From contig CAZCKO010000001.1 in NCBI GenBank assembly GCA_964499275.1, forward strand, positions 14,739-78,738: DNA of 64,000 bases, written 5' to 3'. The notes under the pieces are model-generated. The model ran no database searches. It was not told where the DNA came from and saw nothing but the letters and a program-made list of their open reading frames with translations. The position numbers and the translations under genes were made by a program. Source of the stretch: an uncultured Rhodospirillaceae bacterium. GTDB taxonomy: Bacteria; Pseudomonadota; Alphaproteobacteria; MPNO01; UBA2964. Below are positions 19,760 to 29,572 of the stretch, in pieces (the stretch's first letter is position 1; each line of letters begins with the position of its first letter).

Positions 19760-20697
19760 TAGAATTTACCCTTCCCGATGAGCGTATGACCAAAAAGACC
19801 GGTGGGCTTAAATACTAATAAAAGTAGTAACAGACCCCAGATAGGGACTTTGGCAAAATCTGCACCAACAATATATATCGACATAACTTCAAGCATGCCG
19901 ATAAAAAGTCCTCCTACTATTGCACCCCAAACATTACCCAGCCCGCCTAGCACCATCCCAGCTATCGCTACTGTCGCCACTGTATCGCCGACATAGGCAT
20001 CTACCGTCGAGTAATTGATAGTAAATAACACACCTGAGATTGCACAAAGAAGTCCTGTAATAACATAAACAATAGGTACTATTCGCCCTACTTCGACACC
20101 CATAAGAATAGCGGTATCTGGTTTCTCCGCGATTGATCTCAACGCTCGACCCAGCTTAGTCGCTTTGAGCATAATACTTAGCATTACAACAACAATCAGT
20201 GATAGAAACAGGCTTACAATCTGCGGAATGCTAAAAATGATTGTCCCTATACTAAATGTACCCATTCCAAATGGAGACACACCGGTAAGTGGATCAGAGC
20301 CCCAGGTGCTTACCACCAAATGCTCAAAAATAATGAGAAACCCAAGCGAACTAACCAAAGGCAACGCATGCTCTGTTGCGTCACCGTATTTGGCCTTCAT
20401 ATAACGATATGTGAAGCGTTCAATAATTAAAGAAACCAGCGCAATTACTACAAGCGCGACGATGACCCCTGCCACCCAACGATATTCCACTCCGAAAATA
20501 GAGAGAATAATTTCATTTCCAAAGGGAAGTTGTCCCATCATGGTTGCATACATCAAAACAGCGGCGAACATGAATAATGCCGGAATGGTAAAATTAAGAA
20601 AATTCAGCATCCCAATAATGAGCGTGAAAGCCACAGCGACCATTACATAGACGCCGCCCAGCATTAATCCGTTAACGAGTTGTTGGATTACCAGCAT
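19759..20697 (-). CDS. livH: Branched-chain amino acid ABC transporter permease (LivH-like)
   Basis: Polytopic permease. Start placed at the ATG at 20697 (MLVIQQLVNGLMLGGVYV...), which aligns with LivH N-termini. The ORF track extends to 20817 (GTG). Confidence 0.75.
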   Translation of the reverse strand: MLVIQQLVNGLMLGGVYVMVAVAFTLIIGMLNFLNFTIPALFMFAAVLMYATMMGQLPFGNEIILSIFGVEYRWVAGVIVALVVIALVSLIIERFTYRYMKAKYGDATEHALPLVSSLGFLIIFEHLVVSTWGSDPLTGVSPFGMGTFSIGTIIFSIPQIVSLFLSLIVVVMLSIMLKATKLGRALRSIAEKPDTAILMGVEVGRIVPIVYVITGLLCAISGVLFTINYSTVDAYVGDTVATVAIAGMVLGGLGNVWGAIVGGLFIGMLEVMSIYIVGADFAKVPIWGLLLLLLVFKPTGLFGHTLIGKGKF

Positions 20698-21040
20698 TTG
20701 TATTCTTTTTTTCTTCCAAGCGACCAAAATACTCGAGTATATCAAAAAGAAACAAGTAAGCCTTGTCGTCAAAATTCTGGAATGGCGAATATCCAGAAGA
20801 TCGGCAGTAATTTCCACTAATGATGGAAATCATCCTTTTATTCACTCCATTTCTTTATTATTGCTCTCTCACTAAGCACCCAGGCAGTGCCTTGTGTGAC
20901 AGCTCCCTCCGCTGGTCTCAACCAGTTCAGGTTCGATGGGTTTTGTCTCAGTCCTCTCGGACACCCCAGGTCATCGTGTAGAAGTTAGTCTCTCCATGGC
21001 GACTGTCAAGTCTTTGACTTATATTTTCGATTAATTTTCA
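20698..21040 (-). other. Long (about 340 nt) structured 5' leader of the liv operon
   Basis: No credible ORF. Several GC-rich hairpins read on the minus strand (GTCCgagaGGAC; CTGGTtgagACCAG; GGAGGGAGCTGTC...). Confidence 0.35.
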
Positions 21041-21943
21041 TTAGAGAATATGAGTTGAGTGGTTTTCTAAATACCAGTCAGCAATTTCTTCGCGCGACGC
21101 CCACCAAACATCATCAAAGCTCTTGGCATATTTTAGAAATTCGCGGATGGCGCGGATACGAAAAGGATGGCCTGATACATGGGGGTGTAGCCCCACACTC
21201 ATTATTTTACCTGTTGTGGCACTCTCCTCGTAAAGCTGATCAAACTGCTCCTTAAGCATCTCAAGCGTCTGGGTAGTTGTAAAATTACGCCTTAAAAAAA
21301 ATCCGAAGTCATTAACTTCAATTGAATAGGGTATAGCAACAATCGGGCCGTTTTCAGTATCCATTAGATAAGGCTGTTCATCGTTCATATAGTCACAAAT
21401 GAACTTCATACCCTTCTTTGCAATAATTTCTGGGGTGTTTGGTGTGCTACGCAAAGAGGATGATAACCAACCAGGGGATTTTTTCCCAACGACGTCTTCA
21501 TAAACCTTCAGCGCGCTTTCAATAAGTTCCTCTTCTGCTAATGGATCAGATTGATAGTTAGTTAGCAAATCACCTTGCTCGTAATTATGGCAAACTAATT
21601 CCCAGCCTCTTTCTATTGCAGCATCAACGATCTCTCGGCGCTCGAGGCATAATTTGGCATTAAGTGTACAACTAGAGGGAACGCCGACCTCATCAAACGT
21701 ATCAAATAAACGCCAAATCCCACTTCGTTGTCCGTATTCCCGCCAGCTATAATTTGGAACATCTAAAACATTTCCAGGCATCGGGTCCGGGAGCGCCGGA
21801 GGTCCGCCTGCGTAGTAGGGCTGATCACCCTCTTTGAGCATGTCCCAATACTCAAGATTGAGAGTTACCTGAACAACCAAACGCTTTCCGTTTGGCCATA
21901 CCAACTGCTCACGCATCGGTGGGGGAACAAATTTATATCGCAT
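21041..21943 (-). CDS. Polysaccharide deacetylase family protein (PuuE/allantoinase-like fold)
   Basis: 300 aa, NodB-like deacetylase architecture. Family-level call only. Confidence 0.5.
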   Translation of the reverse strand: MRYKFVPPPMREQLVWPNGKRLVVQVTLNLEYWDMLKEGDQPYYAGGPPALPDPMPGNVLDVPNYSWREYGQRSGIWRLFDTFDEVGVPSSCTLNAKLCLERREIVDAAIERGWELVCHNYEQGDLLTNYQSDPLAEEELIESALKVYEDVVGKKSPGWLSSSLRSTPNTPEIIAKKGMKFICDYMNDEQPYLMDTENGPIVAIPYSIEVNDFGFFLRRNFTTTQTLEMLKEQFDQLYEESATTGKIMSVGLHPHVSGHPFRIRAIREFLKYAKSFDDVWWASREEIADWYLENHSTHIL

Positions 21944-22024
21944 GGGACCAACCCAAGTTTACAAAAGGTTAAATACTAATATCTCTGAACTTATAAAATT
22001 CGTCAGAAACTAACAAAAGATCGA

Positions 22025-22396
22025 TCAAACGACCGCGGCTGATTGATCAGAATAATTTATTGTCACTGTAAAGCTACCCTCATTCATTGACCAATTCCAA
22101 ATTTCATATTCGCGCAAACCAGCAGCATGGAACGGGTCCGCTTTTGCAATTTCATCTGCTTCTTCGAATGAACTAGCCCGAACAATTATCATACCAGTTC
22201 GCACCTTATCCTCATCCCTCGATTCCATTGGTCCGGCAGCAAATAGAACACCTTGTTTTTCTAATTCAACCTGCCGCGCGAGATGTTGTGGAAGCAACTT
22301 CATAAGCTCTTCACGGGGCGCAACAGGCCGTGTAAAAATTACATATAGCTCTTTTTGCAACATTTTAACTGTATCAGTGGTACCAGTTACGGCCAT
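22025..22396 (-). CDS. YciI-like protein
   Basis: 123-aa alpha+beta protein with a YciI-like pattern. Low certainty. Confidence 0.4.
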   Translation of the reverse strand: MAVTGTTDTVKMLQKELYVIFTRPVAPREELMKLLPQHLARQVELEKQGVLFAAGPMESRDEDKVRTGMIIVRASSFEEADEIAKADPFHAAGLREYEIWNWSMNEGSFTVTINYSDQSAAVV

Positions 22397-22487
22397 TCTA
22401 AATCTCCTAAATTAATTTTCCATTATTGCCCTTGTTCCATTTAGCAAAAATTATCACGGGGTTTAACCCTATCGGTTTTCCAAACGA

Positions 22488-23555
22488 TTAAGCCGCAACT
22501 AACGGAGCATGAAGAACTGTTCCCTTTTCCTGGATTCCTTGAGCATGATCGCGAATAATATCTTCATGCAGTGGCCTTGCCCCATCAAAGCTCAGCCATA
22601 GACGCAGCAAATGACGTTTTCGGTCTTCCTCTGGCCAGTCCTCATAACGAGTCCGTGAATGTAAATTGACATAGTTTTGCACGATGGAAATATCACCAGG
22701 CTCAAAACTGACATCCATTGCCATTTCAGAGGCAATCTCATTGTAAACCTTTATTGCCTCTCGCTGCCCATCAGTGAGTTCAGGCACACCGGGCATTCCT
22801 TGTGATCGCATAATTGTACTGCTAGCCCCACGCGCTGAAAAATACCCATCAGTAACACTAAAGACCGGTTGACGTGTCCATGGTTCGGCCTCGCCCGCCG
22901 GAAGCTCCCCTCGTCGTGAACGATAAAACCGAAATGCAAGTTCCTCAACTAATTCCGGTGACCGTTCGAGCATTTTATTATGGACCGTTACCGAACTACA
23001 CATCCTATGTTGTCCCCCAGACTTTGAAGTCTTTAAGGCACACAGACTAAAAATATCACAGCTATCAGCATGAAAGCCAAGCTGAGAGGCAGAGTTATAA
23101 CCACGCCCCGTCGGTGATGTAATTTTTTCTCCTAGGTCTTTCACATGACCTAGCAAGTGCCCCTTACCGTTTTGGGAAACGGCTCGGCCAAAGTGACAAC
23201 CAAGCCCCCAAAAAGCTAACGCTGTCTGGTAGAGCGAGCGGCCCTCAGTCGGCAACCCACGCAAAAACACAAACCCGCGCCCATTTATTACCTCCCGACG
23301 CAGGTCCTCCAATACAGAACCAAAAATTGGTAAATTGAAATCTTCCTGCGTCACTTCGTGTAAGTTGGGGGAATCTCTTTCGATTCTTTCGACGATACCA
23401 AATATTTCAGAAATTTCTGCAGCCGATAGCAGGTACAGATAGGATCTCGAAACTTCTAGTTCCTCTCTTGTCCACGCGGAAGAATTATTTATAGGCTCCA
23501 ACAAATTTGAGGAGATATGTTGCCTATCAGTTGGTTTCCAAGGATTGGCACTCAT
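22488..23555 (-). CDS. TauD/TfdA-family Fe(II)/2-oxoglutarate-dependent dioxygenase
   Basis: 355 aa. H-x-D (GFHADS) and distal His (NLHSRT) in clavaminate-synthase-like spacing. Confidence 0.5.
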   Translation of the reverse strand: MSANPWKPTDRQHISSNLLEPINNSSAWTREELEVSRSYLYLLSAAEISEIFGIVERIERDSPNLHEVTQEDFNLPIFGSVLEDLRREVINGRGFVFLRGLPTEGRSLYQTALAFWGLGCHFGRAVSQNGKGHLLGHVKDLGEKITSPTGRGYNSASQLGFHADSCDIFSLCALKTSKSGGQHRMCSSVTVHNKMLERSPELVEELAFRFYRSRRGELPAGEAEPWTRQPVFSVTDGYFSARGASSTIMRSQGMPGVPELTDGQREAIKVYNEIASEMAMDVSFEPGDISIVQNYVNLHSRTRYEDWPEEDRKRHLLRLWLSFDGARPLHEDIIRDHAQGIQEKGTVLHAPLVAA

Positions 23556-23616
23556 TTGTTATCCCCTGCATACACCTTTTTTAGACCAGCAAACCAAATT
23601 TATAAAGATCTTCAAT

Positions 23617-26301
23617 CTATGCGGCCTCTTTTGCGATATTTCGAAGAACATATTGAAGGATTCCACCGTGCCGATAATATTCGACCTCATCCAGCGTATC
23701 GATCCTACACCTGGTAATAATTTCATCACTTTGCCCATCAGCTCTGGTAATCTTCACAGGTATATCCATACCTGGCGTGATACCACCTGAGATGCCGGTA
23801 ATATCAAAAATTTCGGTCCCATTTAAGTTTAGGGTATCCCGGTTTTGGTCATTGGTGAACTCCAAAGGCATAACACCCATACCAATGAGATTAGACCGGT
23901 GAATCCTTTCAAAGCTCTCTACAATTGCTGCACGAATGCCTAGCAAATTTGGGCCCTTAGCCGCCCAATCCCGCGATGATCCCATACCATAATCCTTCCC
24001 CGCCACAACAACCAGTGGGATACCGTCCTTTTGGTATAGCATCGAAGCTTCATAAACCGACATTTCCTTCCCATCCGGTAAATGCCGTGTGAAGCCGCCT
24101 TCAGTTCCCGGCACCATCTCATTACGGATACGAATATTTGCGAAGGTCCCGCGGGTCATCACCTCAAAATTTCCACGGCGGGCGCCATAGGAATTAAATT
24201 CATCTGGCCTAATTTGTCGTTCTAGAAGAAAGTCGCCTGCAGGGCTGGCTTTAGGAAACCCGCCGGCCGGTGAAATATGATCAGTTGTCACAGAGTCCCC
24301 CATTTTGAGCAAGACACGTGCATTATTGATATCATTCAAAGGAGCAGGCTCTGGTCCCATTCCCTCAAAGAAGGGGGGATACTGAACATAGGTTGATCCT
24401 GAATTCCACGCATAAGTCTCCCCTTGAGGAATGCCCATGCTATTCCAAGCTTCAGAGCCATTACCGACGTTATCATAGCGATCTCGAAACATCTGCGGCG
24501 TAATACTCGAGCGGATAGTGTCTTGGATTTCATCATTGCTGGGCCAGATATCTTTAAGATAGACCGGTTTGCCCTCTAAATCTTCCCCTAAAGAATCAGT
24601 CGACAAATTGATTTTTAAAGAGCCAGCTAGGGCATAGGCCACCACTAACGGTGGGGAGGCCAAATAATTGGCTTTAACTTGCTGATGAACGCGCCCCTCA
24701 AAATTTCGATTTCCAGAAAGAACAGCACCTGCAACCAAATTTCCTTCGTCAATTGCATCTGCTACAGGGCCTATCAACGGCCCAGAATTACCAATACAGG
24801 TCGTACAACCGTAACCCACAACATTAAATCCTAACGTATCAAGGTCGTCTTGAAGTCCTGCAGCACTAAGGTAATCCGAAACCACCTGACTGCCAGGCGC
24901 TAGTGAGGTCTTCACCCAGGGCTTTACTTTCATCCCCTTACTAACAGCATTTCGCGCAACCAACCCTGCCGCTATTAAAACCGATGGGTTCGAAGTATTG
25001 GTGCAACTGGTAATCGCTGCTATAGCGACAGCGCCATCATCCAAGGTGTAATTTTCCCGTTCGACAGCAACTTTTCCTTTACTAACATCCCAGCTTGGTA
25101 ATTCATTGGCAAAATTATCTGGCATCTCGGAAAGACTGACGCGGTCTTGCGGCCGGCGTGGCCCTGCAAGACTGGGCTCAACCGTCGAAATATCGAGCTC
25201 GAGTGTATCTGTGAAAATTGGATCAGCTGACGTCGCGTCGCGCCACATGCCCTGCTCCTTGGCATAACCTTCTACCAATGCCACTTGATCTTCCTCACGT
25301 CCCGTCGACTTTAGAAAGTTAATTGTCTCAGAGTCGATTGGGAAAAATCCGCAAGTCGCCCCGTATTCTGGCGCCATATTTCCGATAGTCGCCCGGTCCG
25401 GAAGACTCAGATTATCAACGCCAGGACCAAAAAATTCGACAAACTTGGAAACTACTCCCTTAGCCCGCAGCATTTGAGTAACTGTAAGTACTAAATCGGT
25501 TGCTGTCGTACCCTCAGTGAGCGCCCCAGTCAGTTTAAATCCTATGACTTGTGGTAATAACATTGAAATAGGCTGACCTAACATTGCCGCTTCCGCCTCG
25601 ATTCCACCGCAACCCCAGCCTAAAACTGCAAGACCATTGACCATCGTCGTGTGGCTATCTGTTCCAACCAAAGTGTCAGGATATGCGATAACCTTTCCAT
25701 TTTCTTCGGTAGTCCAAACAGCCCTTGCCAAGTACTCGAGGTTTACCTGATGGCATATTCCCATTCCAGGCGGGACAACTCGGAAGTTTGAAAACGCTTT
25801 TTGTCCCCACCGCAGAAATTCATAACGTTCCTGATTGCGTGAAAATTCCAATTCGACATTTTGCTCAAAAGCATCCGGTGTTCCAAAATTATCAATCATC
25901 ACCGAATGATCAATGACCAAGTCGACAGGGCAAAGAGGATTAATTTTTTGAACATCTCCACCTATTTTAACCATGGCCTCGCGCATAGCGGCAAGGTCAA
26001 CGATGGCGGGCACTCCTGTGAGGTCTTGGAGTAAAACCCTGGCAGGGCGAAAGGCAATCTCATTAGCCGCGCTCGAAGTACCATCCCATGATGCAGCAGC
26101 TTTAATATTTTCGCCGGTGACAGATCGACCGTCTTCATACCGCAAAAGATTTTCTAACAAAACTTTCATTGAATAAGGTAAACGCGAAATATTTCCAACG
26201 CCCTTTGCCTCAGCGACTTTAAGGCTAAAATAATCGTAATTATTACCGCCTATAGTAAGCGTGCTGCGCACACCTAAGCTGTCTTTTCCGGTAACCCCCA
26301 C
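23617..26301 (-). CDS. acnA: Aconitate hydratase A
   Basis: 894 aa, full-length aconitase/IRP family with 4Fe-4S Cys ligands in CTNTSN and [13 protein letters not shown] start with AGGGAGAG RBS. Confidence 0.92.
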   Translation of the reverse strand: MGVTGKDSLGVRSTLTIGGNNYDYFSLKVAEAKGVGNISRLPYSMKVLLENLLRYEDGRSVTGENIKAAASWDGTSSAANEIAFRPARVLLQDLTGVPAIVDLAAMREAMVKIGGDVQKINPLCPVDLVIDHSVMIDNFGTPDAFEQNVELEFSRNQERYEFLRWGQKAFSNFRVVPPGMGICHQVNLEYLARAVWTTEENGKVIAYPDTLVGTDSHTTMVNGLAVLGWGCGGIEAEAAMLGQPISMLLPQVIGFKLTGALTEGTTATDLVLTVTQMLRAKGVVSKFVEFFGPGVDNLSLPDRATIGNMAPEYGATCGFFPIDSETINFLKSTGREEDQVALVEGYAKEQGMWRDATSADPIFTDTLELDISTVEPSLAGPRRPQDRVSLSEMPDNFANELPSWDVSKGKVAVERENYTLDDGAVAIAAITSCTNTSNPSVLIAAGLVARNAVSKGMKVKPWVKTSLAPGSQVVSDYLSAAGLQDDLDTLGFNVVGYGCTTCIGNSGPLIGPVADAIDEGNLVAGAVLSGNRNFEGRVHQQVKANYLASPPLVVAYALAGSLKINLSTDSLGEDLEGKPVYLKDIWPSNDEIQDTIRSSITPQMFRDRYDNVGNGSEAWNSMGIPQGETYAWNSGSTYVQYPPFFEGMGPEPAPLNDINNARVLLKMGDSVTTDHISPAGGFPKASPAGDFLLERQIRPDEFNSYGARRGNFEVMTRGTFANIRIRNEMVPGTEGGFTRHLPDGKEMSVYEASMLYQKDGIPLVVVAGKDYGMGSSRDWAAKGPNLLGIRAAIVESFERIHRSNLIGMGVMPLEFTNDQNRDTLNLNGTEIFDITGISGGITPGMDIPVKITRADGQSDEIITRCRIDTLDEVEYYRHGGILQYVLRNIAKEAA

Positions 26302-26562
26302 GGCGCTCTCCCTATGTTATTGGGTTTTATGGATCTATATTATGAATTTGGCGCATAAATAACGTGCAAACGCTATAACTCTCAAGAGAAACGTTCTGTG
26401 AATTTCCCTTAAATCATATTAACTACAAGTATTATCATAAAATTGCCTTAATTCCGACCTTGGTTTAACAAAATATTTTTTAGAATAGCATTACCTAACC
26501 TCTGATAGGACACATTCTCCATGGCGTCCAACTAGTCATAAATACCGACTGGTAACACTTAA

Positions 26563-26594
26563 GGTCGTCGGGTAGAATCCGGCGACCTTTTGTT
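26563..26594 (+). terminator. Intrinsic-terminator-like hairpin with a T-tract about 30–55 nt upstream of the ccmA start
   Basis: GGTCGTCGG-gtagaat-CCGGCGACC (9-bp stem with one G·U), then TTTTGTT. Terminator-like only on the plus strand. Confidence 0.55.
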
Positions 26595-26650
26595 ATCCTG
26601 AAAACAACGTTATATCCAAACCTGGGTTGCTGCGCCTTTCATCAGGAAAA

Positions 26651-27325
26651 ATGAATAAACTTACGCTAAGTTATATAACAATGCGATTTTTTGGGGAAAA
26701 TATATCTTGCATACGTGGACAACGGCTAGTTTTTTCTAATCTAGATTTTAGCGTTGAACCGGGGAATGCATTAATTATTACTGGCAATAATGGGTCTGGC
26801 AAAACGAGCCTTCTCCGCCTTATGGCAGGCCTGTCGAGGCCAGCTTCTGGCCATATCAATTGGCAAGGTGGAGCCATTTGGGACGATCCAGAAACACATC
26901 GCGTCCGTCTCCACTTTATTGGACATCTAAATGCTCTTAAATCAACCCTTTCGGTAAAAGAAAACTTAGAAACCTGGTCACATCTTCACGGCGGTAGAAA
27001 GAAAGATATTGTTGAGACGATCAAAAAATTAAAACTAGAGGGTCTGGAAGATACCCATTGTCAGAATTTATCAGCAGGCCAGAAGCAACGGGCATCGTTA
27101 GCGCGTTTAGCTACCAATGATGCCCCACTGTGGTTACTAGACGAGCCAACAACCGCACTTGATGCAATGTCAGTCGACCTCCTCAACTCAATGATTAAAA
27201 CACATATTAAAGGGGGTGGTACCTGTGTAATCGCAACCAATACTGCTCTAAATATGGAGAACTGCCTCGAACTAAATATGCAAAACTTCGCTGCTGAGCC
27301 AAAACACCGCAGGGAATTTTTATGA
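26651..27325 (+). CDS. ccmA: Heme exporter ATP-binding protein CcmA
   Basis: Walker A GNNGSGKTS, LSAGQKQR signature, LLDEPTTALD Walker B. Start set at the ATG at 26651 (AGGA RBS). The ORF track begins at a TTG at 26627. Confidence 0.85.
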   Translation: MNKLTLSYITMRFFGENISCIRGQRLVFSNLDFSVEPGNALIITGNNGSGKTSLLRLMAGLSRPASGHINWQGGAIWDDPETHRVRLHFIGHLNALKSTLSVKENLETWSHLHGGRKKDIVETIKKLKLEGLEDTHCQNLSAGQKQRASLARLATNDAPLWLLDEPTTALDAMSVDLLNSMIKTHIKGGGTCVIATNTALNMENCLELNMQNFAAEPKHRREFL

Positions 27326-27990
27326 TGAATTTCCTGAGATTATTATTACTTCGGGAAGTTTGTATTGCGCATAAGAATTTGGGTGATAACGCAATTATTG
27401 TATTATTCTTTTTACTTGCCGCTATCTTATTTCCATTGGGCGTTGGGCCTGAGCCAAAACTCCTGGCGATTATGGGGCCAGGAATTTTATGGGTAATCGC
27501 ATTATTGGCCAGTTTGCTCTCTTTTGGAAAATTATTTTCCAGTGATTTCGAGGATGGCAGCCTCGAACAACTAGCCCTCACTCCAGCACCACTCGAATTG
27601 GTGGCATTAGCAAAGGCAACCGCCCACTGGCTAACCACCGGAATACCGCTAATGATTTTAGCTCCACTAATCGCTGTATTATACCAAATGCCTTACTCAG
27701 GTTACGTTACACTCTTTATCACCTTGGCGATGGGTACCCCCACAATCAGCTTAATTGGAACGGTGGGTGCCTCACTAATTTTAGGTTCAAAGAGGGGAAG
27801 TGTGTTGATTTCCTTACTTGTGGTTCCGCTTATCATTCCGATTTTGATTTTTGGAACGACGGCAATTGAGGCTTCAATTAACGGATCCGCCACGGGACAA
27901 CATCTGATGTTCTTAGGGGCTTGTTTTCTTATCGCACTCGTTTTTGGCCCGGTTGCCACTGCTGCTTCACTTCGCCAAGCACTTGAATAA
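27322..27990 (+). CDS. ccmB: Heme exporter membrane protein CcmB
   Basis: 222 aa, six-TM CcmB-like. A 4-nt overlap with ccmA. Confidence 0.85.
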   Translation: MMNFLRLLLLREVCIAHKNLGDNAIIVLFFLLAAILFPLGVGPEPKLLAIMGPGILWVIALLASLLSFGKLFSSDFEDGSLEQLALTPAPLELVALAKATAHWLTTGIPLMILAPLIAVLYQMPYSGYVTLFITLAMGTPTISLIGTVGASLILGSKRGSVLISLLVVPLIIPILIFGTTAIEASINGSATGQHLMFLGACFLIALVFGPVATAASLRQALE

Positions 27991-28157
27991 ATCGGTTGTT
28001 AATACAATTTCTGAATTAATGTTCTGGAAACACAAATTATGATAATTGACAACGTATCTCGATATAATTTTTATGATTGGCAATCGAATTTTAGGTCTAT
28101 TTTTTATAGAAACTCCCATGATTGATGAGCGTAACAAATTAAACCGGTTTATAGAGA

Positions 28158-28895
28158 ATGATGATAACGCATTACGCCAACCCTGCCCGTTTTAATCGTC
28201 TTTCAGCAGGATTAATCCCCTGGCTCGCATGGCCTGCCGGATTGCTGATTTTATTAGGTCTTTATTTTGGCCTGTTCAATTCACCGCCGGATTATCAACA
28301 AGGTGAGACCGTCCGAATAATGTACGTGCATGTACCATCGGCTTGGATGGCACTGTTTATTTATACAACAATCGCCATTGCGTGTGCCACAGGACTTATT
28401 TGGAGACACCCGCTAGCATTTATTGCTGCCAGGGCCGCCGCGCCTATTGGCGCATGTTTTACATTCATATGTTTGCTGACTGGCTCTCTATGGGGAAAAA
28501 CAATGTGGGGTGCGTGGTGGGTTTGGGATGCTAGACTGACATCAGTCTTAATTCTTTTCTTTCTCTACATTGGATTTATTGCTCTGCATCAAGCCTTTGA
28601 CGATCCTGCAAGAGGTGAACGCTCCGCAGCAATCTTAGCAATTATCGGCTTTATCAATATCCCAATCATCAAATTTTCAGTAGATTGGTGGAATACTCTT
28701 CATCAACCCGCCAGCATAATCAAAATAGCAGGCCCATCTATCCACTCAACAATGCTTTATCCACTGTTCACGATGGGCCTTGGATTCATACTTTATTTCA
28801 CCGTATTACTACTATTTAGGATGAGAACTTTAATGCTAGAGCGTCGCTTGCGAATCATGAGAATGAATGAACTTCATCAGAACGGCACGGATTAG
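28158..28895 (+). CDS. ccmC: Heme exporter protein CcmC
   Basis: WGAWWVWDARLTS tryptophan-rich WWD motif. Conserved His residues present. Confidence 0.9.
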   Translation: MMITHYANPARFNRLSAGLIPWLAWPAGLLILLGLYFGLFNSPPDYQQGETVRIMYVHVPSAWMALFIYTTIAIACATGLIWRHPLAFIAARAAAPIGACFTFICLLTGSLWGKTMWGAWWVWDARLTSVLILFFLYIGFIALHQAFDDPARGERSAAILAIIGFINIPIIKFSVDWWNTLHQPASIIKIAGPSIHSTMLYPLFTMGLGFILYFTVLLLFRMRTLMLERRLRIMRMNELHQNGTD

Positions 28896-28905
28896 GAGTA
28901 CTTAA

Positions 28906-29121
28906 ATGCAAATTATTTTTGATTTTCTTTCAATGGGTGGTTATTGGGCCTTTGTATGGTCTGCCTATAGTGTGGCCGCTGTCATCCTTGCGGGTCTTTT
29001 GTATTTATCTCTTCGAAATTGGCGAATAATCAAGGGTGAGATGATCAAACTAGAAGCAAAATCAACACAAACCAACTCTTCGGGTGGGGTGGGTGAGAGC
29101 GGAGTGCAGCTTGAGACCTAA
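28906..29121 (+). CDS. ccmD: Heme exporter protein CcmD
   Basis: 71-aa single-TM protein directly after ccmC. Confidence 0.75.
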   Translation: MQIIFDFLSMGGYWAFVWSAYSVAAVILAGLLYLSLRNWRIIKGEMIKLEAKSTQTNSSGGVGESGVQLET

Positions 29122-29572
29122 AAAACGCCGTTTTTATTTCTTGATATCGGGCGTAATAATAATAGGCCTAGCTATGGCCTTAGTTTTGACCGCACTCGAA
29201 GACAAAGTCATTTTTTTTTACAGTCCCACGGATCTAGCCACGAAAAACAATATTCCGACAGAAAAACAAATACGAATTGGCGGATTAGTAAAAAAAGACA
29301 CCTGGCAAAAACCGGGATCTGATGTTACCCATAAATTCACTATCACAGATCTGAATCATGACATTTTAACTTCCTTCAAAGGGATTATGCCGGATATTTT
29401 TCGGGAAGGTCAGGGTGTAGTAGTTTTGGGCAGAATTGGAGAGAACGGTATTTTCGAGGCGGATGAAGTTCTGGCCAAACATGATGAGAGGTATATGCCA
29501 CCAGAAGTGGCAGAGGCTTTAAAAAAGTCGGGTAGGTGGGAAGACTATAAGGTTAAGAAAAATGGTCCCTGA
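29111..29572 (+). CDS. ccmE: Cytochrome c-type biogenesis heme chaperone CcmE
   Basis: LAKHDERYMPPEV heme-binding His motif. Start placed at the TTG at 29111 (GGAG RBS), giving MRPKKRRFYFL, which aligns with canonical CcmE N-termini. It overlaps the end of ccmD. Confidence 0.85.
   Translation: MRPKKRRFYFLISGVIIIGLAMALVLTALEDKVIFFYSPTDLATKNNIPTEKQIRIGGLVKKDTWQKPGSDVTHKFTITDLNHDILTSFKGIMPDIFREGQGVVVLGRIGENGIFEADEVLAKHDERYMPPEVAEALKKSGRWEDYKVKKNGP

Noticed and set aside
23940-26176. Several 60–80-aa ORFs on either strand inside acnA, and similar ones inside the helicase, htpG and ccmF
   Set aside because: They are embedded in well-supported long genes, lack RBSs and have atypical composition. 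They are six-frame artefacts.
26460-26500. Possible Irr/ICE-box-like TTTTAGAATAGCATT near the acnA–ccmA promoters
   Set aside because: Only one half-site resembles TTTAGAA-N3-TTCTAAA and the second half does not match. That is insufficient to call an iron-response element.
28100-28157. Possible upstream in-frame start or 28-codon mini-ORF in the ccmB–ccmC spacer
   Set aside because: Frame and coordinates could not be reconciled by eye and no RBS is evident. The ORF-track start with the MMITHYANPARF N-terminus fits CcmC homologs.
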